Shown: positions 39,001 through 40,629, counted from the first letter of the stretch. The stretch is DNA of 64,000 bases from an uncultured Thiomicrospira sp. (GCA_965195345.1 OZ239628.1:288001-352000); one strand, 5' to 3'. Notes: a model not told the origin generated them from the sequence alone. Program-made: numbers and translations.

Positions 39001-40629
39001 TCAGATTTTGACTTGGATGGATATCCGGATGTATTTGAAGTCGCACAAAATCTTGATCCTACAGAAGAAGATTATTTGCACGATTTAGATGGGGATAGCA
39101 TTCAAGATATTATCGAGAGTTTCATTTCTTGTGCTGATAATAGCTCATCGACTTTTGATAATGGATTGAACTGTTCTTCGATTAGTGTCTCTCCAGCCAC
39201 AGACATTGATGGTGACCAGCTTCCAGATGTGCTTGAAGTGATAGCAGGTTACGATCCAATGAATGTGAATAGTCCAGTATTAGATGGCAATTTAGATTCA
39301 AACAGTAACGGTATATCGAATGCCCAAGAGCGCTACTTTAGCGATGTCGGCATAAGCAATCCAACGTTGATTTCTGATTTTGATGCGGACGGTATAGCGG
39401 ATGTTCAAGAGATTATCAGCTTAATGAATCCAGTGGTTAATAGCCAACCAGTAATTTGGCACGATTTTTACCAAGTGAGTATTGGTGCAACAAGAGCGTT
39501 ACGCAACAATGATGGTTTAGCTTCATTGACAGTACGCCTTGGTGGATGGCAAGGAGGGTTAGAGCTTTTGGATTGGTCACAAAGTGATCCGCAAGTCATT
39601 AATGCAGTCACGGGAAGTGGTTTATGCCGCTCAAACCACACGGTGCACGGAAGCATTGAAGTTAGTGGCAACTTGACTTGCCAAAGAATAGTTATAGACA
39701 CATCAAGCATAGCACCAGGGGTATATCAATTGGTGACGAATGTGGTTCGGCGTTCAGTTGATGGGACAGTGACCAGTCTCTCAAGAGCAACGATTGCCTT
39801 GCAAGTAACCACGGCAGAGACGGCATTATCAATGCTGCGTGATTTGGATCAGAATGGCTACCCTGATAGTTTACAGAATTTTAGTGGAGTAGTGGCGCAG
39901 GCAAATAATCGCTCAATCGTCACCGCAAATGCAGGTATTGAAAGCGCGATTAAATACAACATACCACGAGTAGGGGATGCTACTCGAGTTGGAGTGCCTA
40001 GTAGCATACGCATTGATGAAACATTCTTGAGCAATTTTGGTAACTTTGGTCGGGCAGCTACGAACGCAGAAGATCCGGTTTTTGCACATGACATTGGAGT
40101 ATTTGATTTTGAAGAGATACAGTTACAATCGGTGAGCACCTATGGAAGGACAATAATTACCTTATCGGAAGGTTTGCCTAGTGGTGGCTTGCAATTTAGA
40201 ACGTATATTCCTGGATTGGGTTGGAGAGACTTTATTGAATCTGGAGGTGATGAGATTCTTTCTGCGAGCATACAAGATTCTGGATGCCCAAGTATTGAGA
40301 GTGGAGTATACGAGCGTTCTCCGAGGTTAGCGGTAGGACATCAATGTTTATTAGTGGTGTTCCTCGATGGGGGTGTTAATGATACGGATGCTTATGATGG
40401 CAGCGTTTACAGTTCAACACGAGGAGTTAATGGTGCTGCTAGGATGGTTCTAGGCATCGCCAACTTTGATTTGGTCGTCACTCTTGGTTCAGGCGGTGGC
40501 GGTGGTGGTGGCTGTAGCATTACTACGGGTTGTAATGGTAATAAAGAATGGACAATGCTGTCGCTACTATTACTCTCTGCAATGCTGATGTTCTTCCGAC
40601 GTGTTAAAAAGATTAGCGTCAAGAATTAA
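1..40629 (+). CDS. Giant repetitive surface adhesin-like protein (5'-partial, >13,540 aa): cadherin-like, C-type lectin-like, Calx-beta and TSP3-like Ca-binding repeats, C-terminal sorting signal
   Basis: One uninterrupted frame. The codons before the called GTG at 19 (aca gga gcc gct gga tca) are open and the protein begins mid-domain with no signal peptide. Motifs: NDPPT..D.EDG (cadherin-like), DD.L.E.TET..I.DND (Calx-beta), DTDGDG. Ends GGGGGGGCS-hydrophobic-RRVKK, stop at 40629. Confidence 0.95.
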   Translation, partial: TGAAGSVGQLNINVVNQTRGVEDVSLDFIPPDGFLGNSTFVITLNDGTGNSTVTSVVVSVVEAPPTFTLTTSAVVVPENATARQTIAITNVGVANGASVTFSVTTAGDSIFSGDPAPAVSFDDLVQVSSVVNAATTGTANLYYTLSPDSTGIGQIIITLTESNSGRAYSQTVTVTVESINHTPVITQYFADHQFIDRGIIRAQVVGGDLFAARGEYTGVSATTATDGTGSYQEQLDFARSLGGTLVEFDSIEVYNALFGNILTSDTRSVPLPGADIDNDRFWIGVTAAPDRFGDPTFPRVAGDRLFYHLTGQLLSNGFDADRVEVPGVYIGWGVNSPAEVGGNICVDLIIVPVSGFDPWASDTCIAGAGGFVVFGLLKAVMQFPDGLASTSLVSVRAQVNSTVTVNISGYDLDGADSPLSWTVSAGPELQSVAQDITTSNVDVQAGAETLRVVFPLPLNFVGRTTLTVTLNDGLLTTSAQITVLVENDPPTIDVSTNLITLNEDFSPNFVINVTATDREDGVLAFSVSTGGSVVTLSQITTDSITLSAIPNANGTVTLTFTATDSIALAATTEVVVTVNPINDPPTIEVSTNLITLNEDFSPNFVINVTATDTEDGVLTFSVSTGGSVVTLSQITTDSITLSAIPNASGIVTLTLTATDSGVLTATTEVVVTVNSINDPPTIDVSTNALTLNEDFSPNFVINVTATDTEDGVLAFSVSTGGSVVTLSQITTNSITLSAIPNVSGIVTLTLTATDSGGSAATTEVVVTVNPFNDPPTIEVSTNLITLNEDFSPNFVINVTATDTEDGVLAFSVSTGGSVVTLSQITSNSITLSAIPNANGIVTLTLTTTDNLGFTTTAQVVVTVNPINDPPTIEVSTNTLTLDEDFSPNFVINVTATDTEDGVLAFSVSTGGSVVTLSQITTDSITLSAIPNASGIVTLTLTATDSGVLTATTEVVVTVNSINDPPTIDVSTNALTLNEDFSPNFVINVTATDTEDGVLAFSVSTGGSVVTLSQITTNSITLSAIPNVSGIVTLTLTATDSGGSAATTEVVVTVNPFNDPPTIEVSTNLITLNEDFSPNFVINVTATDTEDGVLAFSVSTGGSVVTLSQITSNSITLSAIPNANGIVTLTLTTTDNLGFTTTAQVVVTVNPINDPPTIEVSTNTLTLDEDFSPNFVINVTATDTEDGVLAFSVSTGASVVTLSQITTNSITLSAIPNASGIVTLTLTATDSGVLTATTEVVVTVNSINDPPTIDVSTNALTLNEDFSPNFVINVTATDTEDGVLAFSVSTGGSVVTLSQITTNSITLSAIPNVSGIVTLTLTATDSGGSAATTEVVVTVNPFNDPPTIEVSTNALTLNEDFSPDFVINVTATDTEDGVLAFSVSTGGSVVTLSQITTDSITLSAIPNANGIVTLTLTATDSGGSAATTEVVVTVNSINDPPTIDVSTNALTLNEDFSPDFVINVTATDAEDGVLTFSVSTGGSVVTLSQITTDSITLSAIPNVSGIVTLTLTTTDSIGVAATTEVVVTVSPINDPPTIEVSTNLLTLIDNVASFVINATATDTEDGVLAFSVSTSSLVTVSQITTNSFTLIPVIDAIGTATLTVSAVDSGTLRASTEIVVLVRPFNNTPTLTLSTNVVTVFENYAAFNILAVSNDVEGPAGEFGITAQGQPPGAPRIRIRFGNLSSRTTSNGLFEATQVIQIDSGVADGFTLPLTVTGTIFTRDSTSGDITRLTATQLFTMIVLENGNAGFQVSTDSVTVREGGVSSTFAVSLTSQIDPGGSINLIPSPAMFGLPTQELTFNPPSLTFTNADGIASQTITVSAVDDFIDEDTETIVVSFTVTSTNSIGQAYIADAGAVPTLNVSVIDNDTAGISVSPLALTVSEAGGMATIAVRLDAQPESTVVINVSTTGVFIREFVKTVTVSDVLLSFTSLSWQTPQTITITGQDNDFDDGTQMVAVSFASTVVSGADTNTQSHWAGAQSQLATVPVTILDDDTASVVVSALSTNVLRESVANDSLTFTIRLGARPFDPVTGNIGLLNELVGGLVDSTLSTTRLSFSTGTSSWQTLQTVTVTVLDDDFDDGTRITTLTISASSAEFGFNNVPTQTRVYQTLDDDTRGLFVNPSSLTVTEGSATSAFEVRLTSRPFGSVVDVSFSSEHSFVFGTDVPNQSFLSTSNIQFGTNASDWQTPQTITVTAFDDFVDDGTQTSTYTLNVSGGDYGPSENATLTVLALDDDTAGFVVAPLFTTLIEAASAAAADRSDVIEIRAQSQPTGTITLLVNTTSSDGSDQLTLSNSSASSNSSIRLSFTSQTWNTPLLFTVTAIDELINDDGAHTTVSFSVDTTGVISGYSAATPLDPVRVAITDNEGSGFQVSPSSVTVSEGGGFSTFAVSLTSQIPAGGVIYLTPSPEMVGLSTQELTFNPSSLTFTNANGLAAQTITVFAVDDFIAEDTETIAVSFTVTTADPVGQTYISNPDFTPSTLSVRIIDNDTAGISVSPSALTISEAGGMATIAVRLDAQPESTVVINVSTTGVSLLDVEKSVTLSNALLSFTPYPSLSWQTPQTIMVTGQDDDFADGTQTVSVSFASTVVSGADTNTQSHWAGAQSQLSTVPVTILDDDTASVVVSALSTNVLRESVANDSLTFTIRLGARPLSTVTVVVGLMNELVGGLVDSTLSATRLSFSTSASSWQTPQTVTATVLDDDFDDGTRNTTLTISASSIQPAYNELATQTRVYQTLDDDTRGLSVNPLNSTVTEGGATSTFEVRLTSRPFGSVVDVSFSSEHSFVFGTDVPNQSFLSTSNIQFGTSASSWQTAQTITVTAFDDFVDDGTQTSTYTLNVSGGDYGPSENARLTVSALDNDTAGFVVAPLFTTLTEASGASQTDEIEIRAQSQPTGTITLLVNTASSDGLDQLTLLNSSASSNSSIRLTFTSQSWNTPLLLTVRAIDESFNDVDAHTTVSFSVDTTGVISGYSAATALDSVRVAIIDNENAGFQVDPGSVTVSEDGSSATFAVSLTSQIRGGGSINLTPTPEMVGLSTQELTFDPPSLTFTSANGLASQTMTVFAVDDFIDEDTETIAVPFTATSTDTIGQQYIEDPSFMASTLNVTIIDNDTAGISVSPLALTISEAGGTATIAVRLDAQPESTVVINVSTTGVNFSEFVKTVTLSDVLLSFTSLSWQTTQTITLTGQDNDFFDATQTVSVSFASTVVSGADTNTQSHWAGAQSQLSTVAVTILDDDTASVVVSALSTNVLRESVANDSLTFTIRLSSRPFNQVNVDVGLLNELVGGLVDSTLSATRLSFSTGTSSWQTPQTVTVTVLDDDFDDGTRNTTLTISSVSSNDPAYNALADQTRVYQTLDDDTRGLSVNPLNLTVTEGGATSTFEVRLTSRPFGSVVDVSFSSEHSFVFGTDVPNQSFLSTSNIQFGTSASSWQTAQTVTVTAFDDFVDDGTQTSTYTLNVSGGDYGPSENATLTVLALDDDTAGFVVAPLFTTLTESASSNQDVIEIRAQSQPTGTITLLVNTTSSDGSDQLTLSNSSASSNSSILLAFTSQSWNTPLLLTVTAIDELINDDGAHTTISLSVDTTGVISGYSAATALDSVRVAIIDNESPGFQVRPPSVIVSEDGSSVTFGVSLTAQIAAGGSIVLIPSPEMFGLSTQELTFNPASLTFTSANGLASQTMTVSAVDDFIDEDTETIAVPFTATSTNTTGQAYIADADFTFSTLSVNVIDNDTAGISVSPLALTVSEAGGTATIAVRLDAQPESTVVINVSTTGVNFSEFVKTVTLSDVLLSFTSLSWQTTQTITLTGQDNDFFDATQTVSVSFASTVVSGADTNTQSHWAGAQSQLSTVAVTILDDDTASVVVSALSTNVLRESVANDSLTFTIRLSSRPFNQVNVDVGLLNELVGGLVDSTLSATRYIFSTGTSSWQTPQTVTVTVLDDDFDDGTRITTLTISSVSSNDPAYNALADQTRVYQTLDDDTRGLSVNPLNLTVTEGGATSTFEVRLTSRPFGSVVDVSFSSVHSFVFGTDVPNQSFLSTSNIQFGTNASSWQTAQTITVTAFDDFVDDGTQTSTYTLNVSGGDYGSSEDETLTVSALDNDTAGFVVAPLFTTITESASSNQDVIEIRAQSQPTGTITLLVNTTSSDGSDQLTLSNSSASSNSSIRLSFTSQTWNTPLLFTVTAIDELINDDGAHTTVSLSVDTTGVISGYSAATPLDPVRVAIIDNESPGFQVRPPSVTVSEDGSSATFGVSLTAQIAAGGSIVLIPSPEMFGLSTQELTFDPPSLTFTNANGLASQTMTVFAVDDFIAEDTETIAVPFTATSTNTTGQAYIADADFTFSTLSVNVVDNDTAGISVSPSALTISEAGGMGTIEVRLDAQPESTVVINVSTTGVNFSEFVKTVTVSDVLLSFTSLSWQTTQTITLTGQDNDFDDGNQTVSVSFASTVVSGADTNTQSHWAGAQSQLSTVAVTILDDDTASVVVSALSTNVLRESVANDSLTFTIRLGSRPFNLVNVDVGLLNELVGGLVDSTLSATRLSFSTGTSSWQTLQTVTATVLDDDFDDGTRITTLTISSVSSSDPAYNELATQTRVYQTLDDDTRGLSVNPLNSTVTEGGATSTFEVRLTSRPFGSVVDVSFSSVHSFVFGTDVPNQSFLSTSNIQFGTSASSWQTAQTITVTAFDDFVDDGTQTSTYTLNVSGGDYGPSENATLTVLALDDDTAGFVVAPLFTTLTEALGQDQNEIIEIRPQSQPTATITLLVNTTSSDGSDQLTLSNSSASSNSSILLTFTSQSWNTPLLLVITAIDELINDDGAHATISLSVDTTGVISGYSAATPLDPVRVTIIDNERPGFQVSPSSVTVSEDGVSAIFGVSLTAQIAAGGSIVLIPSPEMFGLSTQELTFNPSSLTFTNANGLASQTMTVSAVDDFIDEDTETIAVSFTATSTNTTGQAYIADADFIFSTLNVTIIDNDTAGISVSPSALTVSEAGGTATIAVRLDAQPESTVVINVSTTGVNFSEFVKTVTVSDVLLSFTSLSWQTTQTITLTGQDNDFDDGTQTVSVSFASTVVSGADTNTQSHWAGAQSQLSTVAVTILDDDTASVVVSALSTNVLRESVANDSLTFTIRLGSRPFDPVTVDVGLLNELVGGLVDSTLSATRLSFSTGTSSWQTLQTVTVTVLDDDFDDGTRNTTLTISSVSSNDPAYNALADQTRVYQTLDDDTRGLSVNPLNSTVTEGGATSTFEVRLTSRPFGSVVDVSFSSVHSFVFGTDVPNQSFLSTSNIQFGTNTSDWQTPQTITVTAFDDFVDDGTQTSTYTLNVSGGDYGPSENATLTVLALDDDTAGFVVAPLFTTLTEASGASQTDEIEIRAQSQPTGTITLLVNTTSSDGSDQLTLSNSSASSNSSILLEFTSQSWNTSLRLTITAIDELINDDGAHTTISLSVDTTGVISGYSAATSLDSVRVAIIDNESPGFQVSPSSVTVSEDGVSSTFGVSLTAGLGAGGSIVLIPSPEMFGLSTQELTFNPSSLTFTNADGLATLTMTVFAVDDFIAEDTETIAVPFTATSTNTTGQAYIADADFTFSTLSVNVIDNDTAGISVSPLAVTVLEAGGTATIAVRLDAQPESTVVINVSTSAISPLAFTGGVNFSRTQIFFSPHPSTAWMDTQTLTVTAINDDFDDDTQTLTVSFASTVVSGADLNTQSHWAGAQSQLSTALITILDDDVAFVSLSTTDLGIIYEQAAGGITQTTFEVSLSTIPIADVEVSFAQVFSAPSTELLNIPSITFPAFISGAFSSQTITVRAFHDMEDDDTQVVSILLNASGTNSYSTALEIDTVTVTVIDLDVRGVTATPTTLTVSEDGLEGGFASTALFTVVLDSRPFFATGVAQTVVLNSTLVSSFIGASAATSQQITFSPRTLVFNRSNWDIAQQVLVTAVDNVIDEGTQQSTITLGASGGDYLSGVNEDEVVVTVLDEDEAGVLVVPTSLTVTEDQTISPSAVFLVRLLTQPNALVSVGVFSTINTTSPDTGQVFGVPQITLETSSQAISSESVTLDFTALNYFVTQTVTVRAIDDSLNDETQITTVALSIVSTPNSGYNSALEISSVRVTVLDDENAGFVFSTQTLSLIEGESDSIRVRLRSQPTQDVQLNARYTLNGLTTSELTFTPDTLIFTSVTWDIEQNVIVLAVDDFVDEDEEVVQGSFNAISSDTSYINSSDFLGDTLTLTITDNDTAGITFTTDQLVIGEVSSILSTVAMFGIRLDAQPESTVVLTLSTRVLSVSPGFSTSQIGSSFDISTLRLTYAPFPSTSWQTTQIVTLNAIDDFYDDDTQTFTLSAQSTVLLTADTNTRNHWSGSNAQFASLDVVVVDEDVAGIIARVVGAPLSVSEEGESTQVIEVRLSAQPFEEVPILSDTSINYTILSNGRTSEVILINSTFSFNTLVSGIGSWQSTQSFVAQGVEDFVDDDTQTFVLSIRTTNTIDPKYQFVDEQSTLGLSIDNDVAELLLSANSTPLTVIDALFDPNNGATFSTFSVRLATEPVNDVTLLAFSTSATLGVIDSAMRTLSFTSLNWDRAQVVTLQGVPDIPPSTDPTQSFTVRVEVSSLTVDLAYSSPTRVQAEEIDAININDDLPGFTISPLQLSLVERSQSQSTGVYQIRTNTAPSGNDAVLTIRTSTQNAGFNPELTLSDGTTQTTQTTLELRFTAGVISTIAVTVSVVDDHALIGADRLFVNFHSSTGGNGFYIFDETELSEVNISVGDDETIDGVNAFITKIADGNEGVSSQAGANVVIGDEEPVEFRTGLRNINTDQIVTNRTGGVIVFDTTITGGRVALGGSSATGSADIDIVTFEHSIIDGSTSVLQTWPTLEDPAFEGYPDEEAIEVGLILRTTTLRIFTANATATADVIDNDNFQVGLRIVNTENGAESELNDRPVIFEGSMSLANYTGSTIVLSVNYVEVPGGAIPQFSRTSGFDYFTETSPHILILAGHTTGQFLVEVFDDLIFENTEEVQVEILNPDPNSSVFVVIGGGAIGTIEDNEDLQVGLSVITGNESAGTMTFRVFLNRENNTGSTLNFDVFSTQAVGFALSTSRRATFNTDYSFGGLSAQRASVAVNALDTTGPITLIDDDLLEGTESFYLSLSLDPVGLDPNIVSRIIVSTTPVEGFIVDDEASRVRLRLYAESIGVEGVGTIGAVGGTAVRFIAVIEDTLDATTITNATGETIELNALAISTSQAILGLDYTTQAILIASGTGFVEVRYPVLNDDLFEHDETLGIEIRSVTSPFSDIQEAFGSGGNIAPASRPSIDTLIDDAQDEPGSIEIHLSATPLSINEGPLGGSGGAFSVDVRLFRVGNSTTSIINSGHAPEVIPLIISGTAQQGTDYRFGVPTTTLMIVPGSDRGVVDIEVLGDNLAEGLIPETIVLRAVEGFYAGVRDDALTLADSGASTLVLEIVDDDSNIIASIESLDPNVSEGSSMRISVNLDFAVQGTTVTVTLGYPTGPLGGSAVPGIDFSSATTAVVFPQEVRTVIVEIPVYIDNLFETTEQAVISILSTTDSEGVLNVTTDTARSELAVNIIDAEQSDVALEIRVEDGFENQSGSSTPIQIFATLRRISTNALIRTEGALAISLGITSTNNRVTTAEPGVDFDGSFLNRQRQIEILSNTSSASLSINVINDNLFENNESIFFTTTQFMRISDRLNLLNIIPVTTDIRAIIFDDIAPGSIVSTLTILTDGFESSSATLSRDVIARITIDETNNTGAPILFFLDSINSDAVGATQAGPGVDYVFPSSVGISTGSDFVEFSLIVLDDSLFESTETLEIRISSANNTAILVDQTIVTGLIGDDEFYAGLQAGIVVSSSSLVLDESSSSTPVVLTLLLSSTNNTNASITMSVITSGSAIAGLDYQAMSAFVVGVGSRTGDLSFFGIDDGFLETTETIEVSLGQSNIATVVPVSSTSSLGTSSVRILVVDDEAARGIYIGTRNAQLIGEEGSSTRQIGFDVVLLSTNVGSVPVLRNNTSSDLTFSIRAAFSDPSHAIQGLDYLIQGGNLANTEVVIAQGSTSVRVAIAVIDDSLLETRIETSTLIVRGSSRQDFIRNALSGHAVDIEIIDNEFGQTSARLLSVAGVEGSSTRQTQFVVELNQVSGLSEALEVEISLSEITATEGLDYSTNRISAQILRGSNRGVAQVPVLSDSLLENTESLLGTAIYDAQSNNQIPITFENTTAQVDILDAESLNGVSVIIEQTTTGVEGINGNAAVARVSLAQGVVNGLNTSLSLTVQAQSGTGTATLSGFNQDFESSALGANSAIIGPNLSGVDLRIPIRDDQLLEGDEFFVLVANSPSNPALRTSTSSAVIWIIDDESFPGAVSAQFAVGANGIEGTQAIEFVLNLSRVNGRSEPIVFGLTAVGGSANVGALRDLEISPTNTSQQIMIPPNRAFAQVSIPINQDDLLEGTETVQVRIDVLDPPLFVSNGTFAYVSNVNIVQATISDDEVNQDIRLEISSVTQGGEPNTTINVVVDLIRGITGLPIVNNTGQAINFSLATTGTSLGGLEQTPNVDFINDNLFGSILPGSSSGVVRITIANDFIIESTETILITPEVVHPFVRAGASTETIIIDDDFGNYVVRFALSAPIVEGAGTSNLVVSLSQADPNSTHVITLQPIGGSASLNDDLILSTLSVSLAPGQSSGVIEVRAPDDGLLEGVEEFSFRINVDETVLTLLSNTLTLSIQDNDPIILSIREGPDVNESGSIPARFELFLPSTNNTGAAISAELSFEESIALEGIDFNVSTTLYSILPGASRVFIDLPILDDAINEIDEPIVARIIRITSEQGLLGRSVATLRILDDDEGANTYYVVSDANGSESGGNGGFGFPAVGRLLSADPVVGAQRLNLFYSGNATPGLDYQAVVAATLPNASTEVIFTIPIIDDFLYETQETIILRLDSPLAHRSTTLLTITDNDVNSAQLQVLDGMEGSTPLTVIINLAKFNNTPRAITYLVTLSGDSSQGVPAASASDFLGSITSTLSIAQGASSGSVQFPVLLDSRFEMVEGVRVSLQAITNPDISFPINTTTSRIFDAFSSTLAVSITAISNGEEFTSKPIEYVVSVNTTNNSASTIGVTVQVSTANSTAEEGADYILTRNVFIGIGERTATLNVTVINDNLFESTETLTLEISSVDVAFAAIDQPRSIATASIIDDEEFNVGIELISGGAETTSGQTSSPIVLRVRDLNGLLNYSANPIAFDVTYLGVAQAGVDYTTASIIIPRAANGVDVTLNVIDDGLFESSESLEVVIAARTANNRVLVNANSVNATIEDNDLVTTASLRIIQNGSENGDDLIGELVIARANNTQNALNFEAKNIVRPGNASAADFNPSTTMIALSIPVGSSTVGFSIGIEDDSFFETTETVEFNVSVLNFPGIGVITSERGFIEDNDDAIFTLTLIRDAQERDQISAILRASIGNINQTSANIEIMYATDLGAQLGNASLADITQTTIRSVIAIGQSFQDILVTPVDDDLFELTEIFNIRAVGASNADVALMSSSIVVSIIDDDTATFTLRTVQDGSESQAGSSIGNIILELASDRVNNSSQTVRFEVGVVGGTASHSSSALDFDFSTATLEIRSGETSQSLEVDVRNDALFETTETVDFSLVSVTPIDPLIVHSSTPTIALISDANAPITAGLILSGASENPNVAIQVGVQLPEINNTASAIDFMISFANSSATAGVDFISSDVITLSIPTGSNSVTTSLVVIEDGLLEADEIVIAEIIAISNGGVLGINTTQSILIVDADIRNAQLSLDGITAGNEEGLVPAVFRLSISSTNQIGTAIVFDLEVNSSASSAELGADYTFAPMQARILNGSSFVDIVLPILQDTLYESTEYISIGISTTNISQLNVPSTFSSVAIIDNDTTTISFTSITPGAENNSSPATIPIRIFVASAKVNNTSMALQFELENVGGSATGVATQTFNADYLSSDLIISIPVGSSTGLLEVEVFDDSLFETTETVVFEVLDPVFMGGMFTSTVITAQIIDDNDIFVTAFYSEVQSGGEGITEVGDPFDAIVRVRLSRFNNTSQDVVLSYTLGGLNSDAIGGLDYVIPTSRQLIIPPGAVDSTFAITILDDFLVEKRTEILNVSFESSMSNVSTGAGSVSLGIQDNEARRVRIDVIQDATEGVPPAGVPAIVKVTLVNSSGNALINGAVNAGQNLDFLFGVDFQEIEVVQDNASDISINGVVSVNPQDVPFIIQRGQSSVTRNIIALDDNSFELNESVEVSFNDSASIASVGTFIRDPSTASFTITDSIIPGIRILAVSDGAETAPGVAPQPAQFLVEFYNSQTDAALLNITGAPIDLQIAIAPNSVATTQDVIFQPDVSIQNNSTSQLVSIAIVDDRLLESTETLIVEISTVLTAFDSLALDRSTSASVLIIDNDNAFVTIRGIVDGVESPNSDAVFELALVSEDGLLITNNSTQNVVVGGFILGGTASDTLDFELNVSSVDILIGASTEIIAVRILDDNLWEGTETIELSVSSVVHPAVSLDDNNTGTVDIIDDENAPGARRASLTFVQVPGVNQFEDSTLTFRVSSDLVNNTSQSVEVPYAIDQSVLNAVDLTSDFITPPTGTFLINVGASTGDIVLVGLEDTAPEPIEILEMQISTSTTHPALIPLAGQSSVTLQIFDRDSDSIVVRMEALGGVEGGSMIFRAIAASTYTVDVTATVRVSDVNINVNVGDGLEFADFPSTGVLLVNRDYQIRVPAGSTSAEIVFPIVQDTLYETTEVLSASLVLVEPSSRAFLVTSDFVVEVSDDDIATASLSVTNASERTGQGSTFTVSLDKVNNTGRPLLFRLSSFGRGSLDDDFSFDLSQNNVSERNQILILAGSTSGEVILGVIDDALFENDESLSLVFSSVTLGISDQPAPAIVLLGTQTLIIEDNDNSSITLQLSAAATSVDEGGSLEIDATLRRNGNRIVNNTASSITASLTYQGRPIFGTDFLSSTQLSVSVGNDATRFSLEGIEDDLLEGDVPLSIIASNLSDPAVSGSSLQITVLDNEQADIVLGVTNGTEDGDPLRISVQLVSQTSTPLVNQTVSTIGISVSIISPPVPNAVNSSLDLVITTLGISIATGSSTGMLSIAVVDDNLFEDDEPVDVGISSASIRQILVDPTLLQRALIIDNDNGTNTIQVVLDPIQDAQEGGSPAVFGLSIATTNNTGFPLVIPLAHSGQASSSDLRVAIDSVSIPNGLSSINFNVDVTDDDLFESTETLIITVLDPPNAALNEAGASTQVYIFDDEAQRGVTATVQISNNLFEPQSQTTITVSLALRNDTPDTITVTVSYASGDAQVGLDFNADTSYVIAQGSTSGSVIATVIDDDLFESTESLSVEVIASNQDAIITGDSTLASVVDDEMGLLDVQLVRPGSEEGESSAVLKVSLFVPNTRTLLLNNTVAPLAINFNTTGQATLGLDYDVPSSAVEIATGTAEATITISIEDDDLFELLETFNLTLQNPIPDSIVINTPTVVVPILDNDTVAITITALDDTEIEGSTLSVLVAMSKVNNTSSAFAVALRVNTSSTGFIAQNQIDSTNADYVFVSTHSISQGATSTFIAIETLQDTLLEFSQVIPLELISSTREATVFYSTQTVILTILDDESTRVNYVFVSNGAERSDNQAPLRFTLQLDTGVTALATENPLLFAVTANDSSGRVQISTSVAANVDLVISTERIVIALGSSNTEVSYPVVDDGLFEAFSSEESVDIGIRALDSRVYLSQTTMTFEVRDNDNINILTTLELTSLSDRIFERPVDGVVTQTVRVRIELTNNTSETIRFPLVYPPALASSITDFIPQTGVDIANGSSVGTVIIAARQDREIEVEENILINVDVTPIVNPTTPVFRTNSSNGSDQVEIFIVDYESSRTRLSFSPIASIDEGSTETFVFTLVEVGTSDVLSNGLSLAIDVPVAVSGVVNASDYTIDPVSQQISFLPQESTGRLIFIANEDMLFENNETATLSFSNVGVLNNIATSTSFVIIDNDNRNIPVSITQISPLTEGFQLGEVAVSIGSTNNTQSSISIRVITMNGSTLNPSLLFDAISGLDYVSTDATVIIPPGARSAIFPIEGLADNVFEATETVYLSYLNSNAGQSFALLPNPTGVISIVDEEFESARVGLSTISSATEGLVTGRLSLSFFSGVINDYGPLLFDMRFVPTASTSVDADTDFVNSQRVIALGASGTTINITAVDDNLFETTQTAVYSIQSSGVATISQNRTLMTINDNDFGPYQITVPALSAGDIELLEGGATYTLIVDMGIENNTNVPFDIGIALSGTAEIGIDYTISSQVIRVPVGSRIGTIEIVPLQDSRFEDDQEILITFTDIAFPYFSAQPSTFAILIIDDDNTTVTVSISSSPSVIFEPQGTSLTAMNQVEVEVALSTTNYTQSAIELTLVLGDSAGAQDVTGIPDFVRINPGDTTATFIVFALADNRLEGTEQVNISVSSANNSAIVLGSSYTLIIEDLLIRDSIELVFTSVAGFESQTTQNYLIDAPTTFTDSVSPSLIGRLSRGAQTVINETGTTLRLTFSTPTGTAVRNQDYTIAQFLDIPSGNSTGTAVVEIIDDILFEKTETIGVLLSTASLVQAHPDQARIISTINLDNSSTTLTIIDNEALSNIPVFWELVRNGSEEVIPSQVAVPIQMRASFDFVNNTSAPIIFGISYSGSAVGGSSTPADYVDTQTTLSISVGSTSTILEIQILPDLILESTETVIVQLLNINLEPVVITTQSVTGIIFDAGMDTDGDGLTDGAELLLGTNPLLRDTDGDGLGDGAEVFILTSTTLGLDMNADPTNPDTDGDGITDDLEDFDGDTLNNLQEIILGTDPYNADTDGDRLTDAQELLTNTSGTLSDTDGDGITDDLEDLDSDGLSNFDEFNFFNTLVNTSDSDVDGVLDPQEDNDGDGLGNIYETLASRGNPDTDLDGILDGAEDSDGGTINCNGVLEESGDGLPDGLEHTLGNALSRNVTSADAPYVGGACDDDGDGITNAVEEYLQSIGIASNTVTMRSDFDLDGYPDVFEVAQNLDPTEEDYLHDLDGDSIQDIIESFISCADNSSSTFDNGLNCSSISVSPATDIDGDQLPDVLEVIAGYDPMNVNSPVLDGNLDSNSNGISNAQERYFSDVGISNPTLISDFDADGIADVQEIISLMNPVVNSQPVIWHDFYQVSIGATRALRNNDGLASLTVRLGGWQGGLELLDWSQSDPQVINAVTGSGLCRSNHTVHGSIEVSGNLTCQRIVIDTSSIAPGVYQLVTNVVRRSVDGTVTSLSRATIALQVTTAETALSMLRDLDQNGYPDSLQNFSGVVAQANNRSIVTANAGIESAIKYNIPRVGDATRVGVPSSIRIDETFLSNFGNFGRAATNAEDPVFAHDIGVFDFEEIQLQSVSTYGRTIITLSEGLPSGGLQFRTYIPGLGWRDFIESGGDEILSASIQDSGCPSIESGVYERSPRLAVGHQCLLVVFLDGGVNDTDAYDGSVYSSTRGVNGAARMVLGIANFDLVVTLGSGGGGGGGCSITTGCNGNKEWTMLSLLLLSAMLMFFRRVKKISVKN
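610..1155 (+). other. C-type lectin-like domain within the giant protein
   Basis: YQEQLDFARSLGGTLVEFDS..YNAL, FWIGV, W..NSP....NICV...W.SDTC follow the CTLD pattern (helix-LGG-LV, WIGL, C..W.D..C). Its two Cys are the only ones I found before the C-terminal region. Confidence 0.6.
1459..4872 (+). repeat. 12 tandem 285-bp (95-aa) cadherin-like repeats, last copy diverged
   Basis: NDPPT codons recur at 1459, 1744, 2029, 2314, 2599, 2884, 3169, 3454, 3739, 4024, 4309 and 4594 (exact 285-bp period), with near-identical DNA. Confidence 0.95.
5245..20240 (+). repeat. Five-domain super-repeat (~1854-1863 bp): six near-identical units, a partly diverged 7th and a diverged 8th
   Basis: GFQV unit starts at 5245, 7105, 8968, 10822, 12676, 14533 and 16390; diverged GFVF at 18310. 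Each unit has five ~120-aa Calx-beta-like domains (F..W.T.QT.TV...DD...D(N/D)D). Confidence 0.92.
20245..38200 (+). repeat. Array of roughly 45-50 highly diverged Calx-beta domains
   Basis: Recurrent A..G.D(Y/F)...I..G.S...I.DD.L.E.TET...I.D(N/D)(D/E) about every 115-135 aa, with no obvious DNA-level identity. Count estimated from length. Confidence 0.85.
38206..39420 (+). repeat. Thrombospondin type-3-like DxDGDG calcium-binding repeats
   Basis: Many DTDGDGLTD..E...GT(N/D)P...DTDGDG motifs. Confidence 0.85.
40486..40629 (+). other. C-terminal protein-sorting signal of the Gly-rich/Cys class (JDVT-CTERM/MYXO-CTERM-like)
   Basis: GSGGGGGGGCSITTGCNGNKEW-TMLSLLLLSAMLMFF-RRVKK: motif, TM helix, basic cluster. 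Confidence 0.75.
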